From NCBI GenBank assembly GCA_943367855.1, contig CALRKH020000001.1:365-64364 (forward strand): a stretch of DNA of 64,000 nt, read 5' to 3'. Positions 56,808 to 64,000 of the stretch are shown here, piece by piece (position 1 is the first letter of the stretch; each line of letters begins with the position of its first letter). A program made the position numbers and the translations under genes. Under the pieces are notes generated by a model that was not told the DNA's origin, made no database searches, and saw only the letters and a program-made list of their open reading frames with translations. This DNA comes from Asaia bogorensis (lineage in GTDB: Bacteria; Bacteroidota; Bacteroidia; Chitinophagales; Chitinophagaceae).

Positions 56808-57884
56808 TCACCTCAATTGACGTCTGTATAATTCAATAGCCAGGGCTCCGAATATTATGTTTGGAATCCATACAGCAAGAGTTGGGTCTAAAGACGCCTT
56901 AGTGGCCAGAGTAGTAGAAACTTGAAGAAACATAATATAAATAGCACTAAGAGCAATGCCTAGCGCTAAATGTAAGCCACTACCTCCTCTTATCTTTTTA
57001 CTAGCGATACAAGCCCCAATTATTGTAAGCACAAAGCCCGCAAAGGGCTGTGCTGATCTTCTATCACGCTCTATAAAATAGGTATTAAGATTTTCCTGTC
57101 CACGCAACTGTTCTTGGGCTATATATGCATTCAATTGGGGAGTGGTTAGAGCTTCTTTTATTGCATTTCCTTTATTCAAATCACGAGGCTTCAACGGATA
57201 CTTCATAGTAAGTTCAGGTAATTTTACTAAGCGTTCTTTAAGAGAGTCATTATATCTTATTACTACGTTATGAAGCTCCCACAAATTCTTTTCGGGATTA
57301 TATACTGCATAGTCAGCAAACAATTTCTCCTTCAAATATGTTCCTTCAATTTTTTCCACACAAAATCTAGAACCAGTATTATTGTCGTAGTTGAAATTCT
57401 GAAGATAAACGAAGGTGTTTTTAGCTATACCTAGATGAAGATTATCTGACGCATAACGATAGTTGCCGTCATTAATGTAAGTATCCTCAAATTCTATTCT
57501 TTGCTTGTTTGCGACAGGTATCACATAATGATTTGCCAAAAATGAGCCTAAACATAAGACTCCTCCCCCTATAATGTACGGTCGTATGAATCTAGGAAAA
57601 GAAATTCCTGAAGACAAAATGGCAATTACTTCCGATTTATAAGCGAGTTTAGAAGTAAAAAAGATAGTAGCGATGAATATAAATAGCGGGAAAAGTAGTG
57701 CTGTAATATGTGGAACAAAATTTTTATAATAATTGAGCACCACTCCAATGGGAGCTTTTTTAGAAACTATGTTATCTACTTTTTCAGAATAGTCTATTAC
57801 ACATGATATAATAGCCAGAATCATTATTGCGAAAAAAAACGTGCTAAGGAATTTTTTCACTATATACCAATCAAGTTTCTTCAT
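56808..57884 (-). CDS. LptF/LptG-family LPS export permease
   Basis: MKKLDWYIVKKFL, FFTSKLA..SEVIAILSSGISF and C-terminal LAVWIPNIIF. Confidence 0.92.
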   Translation of the reverse strand: MKKLDWYIVKKFLSTFFFAIMILAIISCVIDYSEKVDNIVSKKAPIGVVLNYYKNFVPHITALLFPLFIFIATIFFTSKLAYKSEVIAILSSGISFPRFIRPYIIGGGVLCLGSFLANHYVIPVANKQRIEFEDTYINDGNYRYASDNLHLGIAKNTFVYLQNFNYDNNTGSRFCVEKIEGTYLKEKLFADYAVYNPEKNLWELHNVVIRYNDSLKERLVKLPELTMKYPLKPRDLNKGNAIKEALTTPQLNAYIAQEQLRGQENLNTYFIERDRRSAQPFAGFVLTIIGACIASKKIRGGSGLHLALGIALSAIYIMFLQVSTTLATKASLDPTLAVWIPNIIFGALAIELYRRQLR

Positions 57885-58000
57885 TTGGCTATTTCCAAAA
57901 TTTTAATGTTGTGTATTTCCTTACTAGAGATGCAAAAATGGCATATTTTACGAATCTAATTGTTGGCTAAATAATTTTTAACAGAAAACCCACTCTAAAC

Positions 58001-58032
58001 AAAAAAGTAAGGCACGACATCTCGTACCTTAC
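58001..58032 (-). terminator. Intrinsic terminator of ilvE
   Basis: Minus strand GTAAGGTACGA-gatg-TCGTGCCTTAC-TTTTTT (one U-G wobble). Confidence 0.75.
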
Positions 58033-58058
58033 CTTTAATAATTATATCAAGATTACAC

Positions 58059-59129
58059 TTAGATACTCAACACCCAATTATGAGTATCAACTTTGCGGCC
58101 ATATCTGATAGCTGCAAGCTCTTGTTTTAGCCAATTTGCAGTTTCCCAAGTTTCTACTTCTGGTAATTCCATTTTATCATCATGATATGTCAATGATTTA
58201 ATTGGAGCTATAGATGCCGCAGTACCTGTACCAAATGCTTCTTTTAACAAACCTGCATGATGAGCTTCCTGTAGTTCGTCGATAGTGATAGGACGTTCTT
58301 CTACACTAACCCCTTTTTCTCTTAAAAGTGTAATTACACTGTCCCTAGTGACACCTGCAAGAATTGTATCTTGTCTGAGATCAGGGGTAATTACCTTATC
58401 CCCAACAACAAAGAAAACATTCATTGTACCAATTTCTTGAACATATTTATGTTCAAACCCATCAGTCCACAAAATTTGGTCGTAGCCCATTTCCTTTATC
58501 TTCATAGTAGGATACATGCTCATTCCATAATTGCCTGCAGCCTTTGTATAGCCTATACCGCCAGGAAATGCTCGAACATACTGATCTTGAACATATATAG
58601 ACACTGGCTTACTATAATATGGTCCCGCTGGGCTTGTTATTATAATAAACATGAACTTTTCAGCGGGTCTTACACCTATAAATTCATCAATCGCCAACAT
58701 AAATGGACGAATGTAAAGCGAGGTATCATCTCCCGTAGGCACCCAATCTTTATCTAAAGCAACTAGTTGGCGAATACCTTCAATGAAAATATCTTCAGGT
58801 ATAGCTGGCATAGCCATGCGCTCAGCCGAGCGGTTCATTCGAGCCCAATTATCTTGTGGACGAAAAACTAATGGATTGCCATTAGGGTCCTTATATGCTT
58901 TTATGCCTTCAAATATTGCTTGCCCGTAGTGCATAAAAGTAGTGGCAGGGCTAAGAGACAAATCTGAATATGGTATTATTTCTGGAGTTTGCCACACTCC
59001 ATTTTCATAATAGGCAACTAACATATGGTCAGAGTACACCTTTCCAAACTGAATATTTTTAGGGTCTACCTGGCCAATACGGCTTTTCTCAACCCTTTTT
59101 ACTTTAATTTCTAATGTGGACACACTCAT
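58059..59129 (-). CDS. ilvE: Branched-chain amino acid aminotransferase
   Basis: HYGQAIFEGIKAY, LYIRPF, KAAGNY (PLP Lys), EIGTMN, LAGVTR and FGTGTAA. Confidence 0.96.
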   Translation of the reverse strand: MSVSTLEIKVKRVEKSRIGQVDPKNIQFGKVYSDHMLVAYYENGVWQTPEIIPYSDLSLSPATTFMHYGQAIFEGIKAYKDPNGNPLVFRPQDNWARMNRSAERMAMPAIPEDIFIEGIRQLVALDKDWVPTGDDTSLYIRPFMLAIDEFIGVRPAEKFMFIIITSPAGPYYSKPVSIYVQDQYVRAFPGGIGYTKAAGNYGMSMYPTMKIKEMGYDQILWTDGFEHKYVQEIGTMNVFFVVGDKVITPDLRQDTILAGVTRDSVITLLREKGVSVEERPITIDELQEAHHAGLLKEAFGTGTAASIAPIKSLTYHDDKMELPEVETWETANWLKQELAAIRYGRKVDTHNWVLSI

Positions 59130-59284
59130 GACCTACGGTTTAAAAATAAAAAAATATCAATAAATTCGCCACAAAGAAACAACTTTTTTCGGTAAGTCAA
59201 CTAAGCACAACACTCATTGTGGGTACTGTATTGGTATCTTTGCTAACATTCAAATGGAGCAATACCGAAGATTGAATAAGGAAT

Positions 59285-59758
59285 ATGAAAATCTACAATT
59301 CACAAATCGTTACAGTTGAGCAAGATAAGTTTTGGGATACACCTGAACACATAAAAAGCATTAAAGAAAAGCCAATTTTAATACTTGCAGAGAGCTTTGA
59401 CATAAATAGTGATACAGGTGCTATGTTTGAAAAAATGACTACTAATAGTGGATTGAGTAAAGAGCAATTCAACCTTATTCACATTACTAGATCTACTCTA
59501 TCTTCCTGGCACAGTATAAGAGATAAAGCCAACCCAAAATTGGTTATCAATTTTGGCATAAACCCAAAATACTTTGGGATAATTGCAAATTTAGCCATCA
59601 ACGAACTAACTAAATACGATAATTGTTATTGGTACATAACCTCTCCTCTATCCACTATATCAGCTAATCAAGAGCTTAAATCAATATTATGGTTGAATTT
59701 TCTTAAGCCAGCATTTGTTGAAGATAAATTTGGCATAGCAGACATGGTAAGAATTTAA
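59285..59758 (+). CDS. Hypothetical cytoplasmic protein
   Basis: 157-codon ORF with an alpha/beta pattern (PKLVINFG, K..LW..LK); no confident family. Confidence 0.6.
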   Translation: MKIYNSQIVTVEQDKFWDTPEHIKSIKEKPILILAESFDINSDTGAMFEKMTTNSGLSKEQFNLIHITRSTLSSWHSIRDKANPKLVINFGINPKYFGIIANLAINELTKYDNCYWYITSPLSTISANQELKSILWLNFLKPAFVEDKFGIADMVRI

Positions 59759-59829
59759 CAAAGTGGGGACACTTACTAATATACATTTACCTAGTTTAAT
59801 GATAACTTCGTACAATTAATTTGATATCC

Positions 59830-60786
59830 ATGACCATTACACAACTTGAATACGTAGTAGCTGTAGCAACTTATAATAGCTTTGTAGCCGCAGCTGAAAA
59901 ATGTTTTGTTACTCAACCTACGCTCAGCATGCAAATTCAAAAGCTGGAAGACGAACTGAACATAAAAGTTTTTGACAGAAATAAACACCCCATAGCTGTG
60001 ACAGAAATGGGTGAAATAATAGTAAAGCAAGCCAAAATAGCCCTTGCTGAATGTGAGCGCATTAATGAACTAGTTAATAAAGAGCAGAAAATCATATCTG
60101 GCACATTCAGATTTGCAGCTATCCCTACAGTAGCCCCTTATATATTACCTAATCTTCTGGAGCATTATTCAAAAACATATCCAGATATGAAGTTGCAAGT
60201 AAAAGAAATGGAAACTAACCAGATTTTACAAGCACTAAGAAATAATGAAATAGATGCAGCTTTATTGAGCACTCCACTCGAAGAACAAGGTATAAAGGAA
60301 TACCCATTATTTTATGAACCTTTTGTGGGTTACTTTGCCAAAGGAGAAAAAGCACTAGAAAAACGCACTATTTCGCCTACCGACATTGAGTTAGATAGAA
60401 TTTGGTTACTCAACGAAGGGCATTGCATGAGAAATCAAATTATTAATTTATGCAGTGACCAGATTCAGAAAATTCAAGCTGAAAGACCATACAGATATGA
60501 GTCAAGTAATATAGAAACTTTGAGAAAAATGGTTGAAAAAAATGGCGGTATGTCCATTCTACCAGAGCTAGCTACACTTGAATTTAATGACGATCAGCTT
60601 GATAATCTTCGTTATTTTGACGGTCCAGAACCCGTTAGAGAAATTAGCCTTATTACTAACGTATATTTTGTAAAAGAAACAGTATTACAAAGTTTGATGG
60701 ATGAGATTCTGAAACTAATACCTGAAAAAATGCGCGTTCAAAAGAAAAACAGGAAAGTACTGCGTATACAAAGTGCTAAATTGTAA
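59830..60786 (+). CDS. oxyR: Hydrogen-peroxide-inducible genes activator (LysR family)
   Basis: MTITQLEY..AVA....F..AAEKCFVTQPTLSMQI HTH; GHCMRNQIINLC gives two Cys nine residues apart, matching C199/C208. Confidence 0.9.
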   Translation: MTITQLEYVVAVATYNSFVAAAEKCFVTQPTLSMQIQKLEDELNIKVFDRNKHPIAVTEMGEIIVKQAKIALAECERINELVNKEQKIISGTFRFAAIPTVAPYILPNLLEHYSKTYPDMKLQVKEMETNQILQALRNNEIDAALLSTPLEEQGIKEYPLFYEPFVGYFAKGEKALEKRTISPTDIELDRIWLLNEGHCMRNQIINLCSDQIQKIQAERPYRYESSNIETLRKMVEKNGGMSILPELATLEFNDDQLDNLRYFDGPEPVREISLITNVYFVKETVLQSLMDEILKLIPEKMRVQKKNRKVLRIQSAKL

Positions 60787-60906
60787 TAAAACACTTACAC
60801 TGAGCCAGAGTATTATTAACTATTAGTTTGTAGCACTCTGGCTTTATCATGTTTTTTTCTTCTTATTTTCGTGCTATCAATTTTTTAACCATGGACACAG
60901 ATTATT

Positions 60907-61758
60907 ATGAACGTGACGAACAAACGACTATTGAGTCTCGTTATATACTCCATACTTGGTTTGTTTTACAACTTGGTTAAAGCTACTGAGAACAATAGTA
61001 TAAGTGACATACTCAGAACTGAACAGTATATATCTCAGCTGTATAAACAATTAGACTTTAATCAATCTGAAAGGCTTTCATTTACCGTATTTAACCATGC
61101 CATGCATGGTTATCTCAATCTTAAGATTGCTGGCAAATTAAGCACAGACAAGGAAATTTTAACTATTTGTGACTTCAATCAACCATCTACAATTAATAGA
61201 ATGTGGGTGATTGATTTGGCTAGTAGAAAAGTTCTTTTCAATACATATGTAGCACATGGTCAGCAAACTGGTGAAGACTGCGCTATGAAATTCTCCAATA
61301 AATTGAACTCTCATCAAAGTAGTTTAGGTTTCTATATTACTACAGAAGTTTATAATGGGGAACATGGCACATCACTTAGAATGCAAGGAATGGATCAAGG
61401 TTTTAATGATGCAGCATTTAAAAGAGACATAGTAGTTCACGGTGCTACATATGTATCGGATGAATACATATGTGAAAATCAACGGCTTGGACGGAGTTGG
61501 GGATGCCCAGCGGTACCAGTAAAACTTGCCGAACCTATAATAAATACTATAAAGGAGGGGACATGTCTATTTATCTATTACCCAGACACAAAATATTTAC
61601 AATCAGCATATTGGCTCAATAGAAAAATAACAACCATTGGAGATCAGCAATTATATGGAGATGTAATTTCTGCTTTACCACTAAAACAAAAGTATAAAGT
61701 GGTAAAATACATGCGCAATGGAAAAGTTGATAGTATAAAGCAATTTCCCCTAGAGTAA
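60907..61758 (+). CDS. Murein L,D-transpeptidase catalytic-domain family protein (YkuD_2-like)
   Basis: VAHGQ, FSN..NSHQSSLGFY and IVVHGA.YV...GRSWGCPAV (catalytic His/Cys). Confidence 0.9.
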   Translation: MNVTNKRLLSLVIYSILGLFYNLVKATENNSISDILRTEQYISQLYKQLDFNQSERLSFTVFNHAMHGYLNLKIAGKLSTDKEILTICDFNQPSTINRMWVIDLASRKVLFNTYVAHGQQTGEDCAMKFSNKLNSHQSSLGFYITTEVYNGEHGTSLRMQGMDQGFNDAAFKRDIVVHGATYVSDEYICENQRLGRSWGCPAVPVKLAEPIINTIKEGTCLFIYYPDTKYLQSAYWLNRKITTIGDQQLYGDVISALPLKQKYKVVKYMRNGKVDSIKQFPLE

Positions 61759-61768
61759 GTCATTACAA

Positions 61769-62407
61769 TTACTTTAAAAACGGATTATTATCTGCCTCAT
61801 CTTGTATAGTAGTAGATGCACCATGTCCAGAAAAAACTCTTGTATTTTTGGGTAATGTAAGCAGAGATTTTTTTATAGAAGTTATCAACGTATCATAATC
61901 GCCGCCAGGCAAATCTGTTCTACCAATACTATTTTGAAACAAAACATCGCCACAAATAACCCACGCTCCTTGGGGATAATAAAACGATATACTACCAGGA
62001 GAGTGACCTGGAGTAAACAATATTTCTAGGCTGTCATCACCTAAAGAGTATTGCTCACCTGATTCTATATAAAAATCCACTTTCGGGGAGACAGTTGATG
62101 GAAGCCCAAACATTGCTGCGGTCTGTTGTGCTCTGTCAATAATAGGCTGTTCTTCTTTATGAATACCAAATGGAATTTTATAAAACTCTTTCAATGCATT
62201 GACACCAAATATATGATCTATATGTCCATGCGTATTAATAATAGCTTGCGGTTGAAAACCTTCTTTGGAAATAAATGAAATAAATGCTTCAAATTCACGT
62301 TTCTCATACATACCTGGATCAATAATCCAGCATTGTTTTTCATCGTTGCTTAAAACGTACGTATTTTCAGCAAAGGCATTAAAAGTAAAAAAATGAACAT
62401 TTAACAT
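61769..62407 (-). CDS. MBL-fold metallo-hydrolase (glyoxalase II/YcbL-like)
   Basis: ENTYVL, THGHIDH, TPGHSPGS, GDVLF..SIGRTDLPGG and GHG..T. Confidence 0.93.
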   Translation of the reverse strand: MLNVHFFTFNAFAENTYVLSNDEKQCWIIDPGMYEKREFEAFISFISKEGFQPQAIINTHGHIDHIFGVNALKEFYKIPFGIHKEEQPIIDRAQQTAAMFGLPSTVSPKVDFYIESGEQYSLGDDSLEILFTPGHSPGSISFYYPQGAWVICGDVLFQNSIGRTDLPGGDYDTLITSIKKSLLTLPKNTRVFSGHGASTTIQDEADNNPFLK

Positions 62408-62519
62408 AATAAATTGAAGGCTTTTAGTAAATTGTACTGCAATTTTAACACTATCTGCCAATATAACTGATAATGGCACGCAAATTGTTGCATTATATAC
62501 AGACTATACGACTAAATGC

Positions 62520-64000
62520 ATGAATAACCTGCTCGTTCGATTCTTTTACTTTTCATTCTGTGTTCTTTTGTGCAATGGTACTAGTCGCACGTTTGCTCAA
62601 ACTAACACTGAGGTTTTTGGGCAAAACAGGGTTCAATATAGAAAGTTTGATTGGAAATATTTTGATACGAAGCACTTCCGAGTATACCATTACGACAAGG
62701 CAGGAAGAGAGCTAGGGAGATATGTAGCTGAAGAAGCAGAATATGACATATCTGTTATAGAGAAAAAACTTGGAGGTCAATTTCCTCAAAGATTCAATAT
62801 TATTCTTTATAATTCATACGACGAGTACAACCAAACAAACGTAGGTCTAAAAACAGAAAACCCAGCTATGGGCAATACTCGTTCTGGGTCATTAAAGCTA
62901 GTAGACGATAAACTAGTAGTTTATTTCACTGGTGCTCACCGCGACTTACGCAGGCAAATCAGATCGGGTATGGCTACAGTAGTGATGCAAAGGGTGTTGT
63001 ATGGAGAGAATATCAAAAGTAAGATCAAAAACTCATTATTACTGAATTTACCTGCATGGGTAACTGAAGGTTATATTGCTTATTTGGTAGACGGTTGGGA
63101 TGAAAAAAGTAATAGTGAATGGAAAAGTATACTTGATGCAAACCCCAAAATGGGATTCTATGAACTATCTGAATTACACCCTGAGATAGCTGGCAAAGCC
63201 TTTTGGAAGTTTATAGCTAGTCAGTATGGGACGAATATGGAGAAAAGCCTCCTGTTCTCAATTCAACAAAAAACGAGTTTAAATAAAGCCATGAAAGACC
63301 CCATGAATCTAAACATGAAGGTTACTAAGGCTTATGACTCTTGTATCAATTTCTATAAAGAAGCGTATAAAACCGACGCTATTAATCAAGAAAAGCCAGA
63401 TAGCACAGGTGGAATTATTACACTAAAAGTACCAAAAGATTACAGCACTATAACCAATATTAAGGTATCTCCCAGTGGAAAAGAAATAGCATACGTAAGA
63501 TGGAAGGGAGGTAGATTTACTGTTTATACCCAACAAACAAAAGGAAACCAAACATTAACTCCTTTGTTAGAAGGTGGAGTAAAGGATTTGACTGAACTAC
63601 AAGACCCTAACTACCCTATGTTAACATGGTCAAACACAGGGAGTAAATTGGCTATACTCTACAGGAAAGGAAAAGAAACAAGACTAGATATACTCAATAA
63701 TACAAAAGGAAGAAGACAACACTATAATATACCGCCAAATAGATTTGATCGTGTATTATCTATGGCATTTTTGGGAGATGACAATAGTCTAGTTTTTTCT
63801 GCAATACGCAAAAGCCAGACTGACTTATACCAATTTACAATTAAAGGGTCGAAAATGACAAACATCACAGATGATGTTTGGGACGACCTAACACCGCAAT
63901 TTATTTCTGAAGCTAGTTTCACTGGAATTGTATTCTCATCCAACAGACCAAAACCTAACTTAATTGTTCCACAAGAAGTAAATGAACTACCTGCAGGACC
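62520..64000 (+). CDS. Large exported TolB-like/PD40 protein, 5' part only
   Basis: Manual translation from ATG 62520: MNNLLVRFFYFSFCVLLCNGTSRTFAQTNTEVFGQNRVQYRKFDWKYFDTKHFRVYHY, later ISPSG-like and QTDLY propeller-type segments. Apparently open to the window end. Not in the ORF track. Confidence 0.75.
   Translation, partial: MNNLLVRFFYFSFCVLLCNGTSRTFAQTNTEVFGQNRVQYRKFDWKYFDTKHFRVYHYDKAGRELGRYVAEEAEYDISVIEKKLGGQFPQRFNIILYNSYDEYNQTNVGLKTENPAMGNTRSGSLKLVDDKLVVYFTGAHRDLRRQIRSGMATVVMQRVLYGENIKSKIKNSLLLNLPAWVTEGYIAYLVDGWDEKSNSEWKSILDANPKMGFYELSELHPEIAGKAFWKFIASQYGTNMEKSLLFSIQQKTSLNKAMKDPMNLNMKVTKAYDSCINFYKEAYKTDAINQEKPDSTGGIITLKVPKDYSTITNIKVSPSGKEIAYVRWKGGRFTVYTQQTKGNQTLTPLLEGGVKDLTELQDPNYPMLTWSNTGSKLAILYRKGKETRLDILNNTKGRRQHYNIPPNRFDRVLSMAFLGDDNSLVFSAIRKSQTDLYQFTIKGSKMTNITDDVWDDLTPQFISEASFTGIVFSSNRPKPNLIVPQEVNELPAG

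Noticed and set aside
59197-59217. Mini-ORF MSVVLS* upstream of ilvE (branched-chain-rich)
   Set aside because: No terminator between it and ilvE, and the likelier promoter element lies downstream of it; probably chance.
62399-62426. ATTTAACATAA, an exact XerD-arm match suggesting a dif site
   Set aside because: The other arm (TAAAAGCCTTC) does not resemble a XerC site, and the match coincides with the ATG TTA AAT start of the MBL hydrolase gene.
1-64000. CRISPR arrays, tRNA and rRNA genes
   Set aside because: No regularly spaced repeats or tRNA/rRNA signatures noticed. A tRNAscan/Infernal run would be needed to exclude small RNAs formally.

Overview
A 64-kb chromosomal window from a Bacteroidota organism. 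Chitinophagales-like affinity is inferred from the T9SS cargo proteins, porT, TAnnTTTG promoter elements and the ileS-dksA-like gene pair. Most of it is housekeeping or envelope content: ileS, tilS, odhB, icd, deoC, ilvE, oxyR, lptF/G, porT, an OmpA/PD40 protein, an RND efflux operon and lipid-metabolism genes. I recognised no rRNA, tRNA, CRISPR array, integrase or transposase. Two loci stand out. (1) The apparently empty intergenic region at 30606-31030 holds, on the minus strand, two tandem short-ORF plus terminator modules with identical geometry: Cys-Cys codons, 14 nt, an antiterminator strand, TAG 11 codons after the Cys pair, a 27-nt spacer, then an intrinsic terminator. They sit directly upstream of two HotDog-fold thioesterase-like genes. 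This looks like a tandem cysteine-responsive ribosome-dependent attenuator, and neither sORF is in the supplied ORF track. (2) A type I restriction-modification operon (hsdR-hsdS-[ABC-type ATPase]-[HNH nuclease]-hsdM) carries an AT-rich Septu/PtuAB-like pair embedded between hsdS and hsdM. Smaller points are two EGF-domain lipoproteins, a DksA-like protein with a histone-H1-like extension, a candidate GTTC-N10-GAAC MarR operator pair, a truncated acyltransferase-3 pseudogene, a possible frameshift in a nuclease lipoprotein leader, and a compositional-skew change near 43.3 kb. All family assignments come from motif recognition by eye; no database searches were run.
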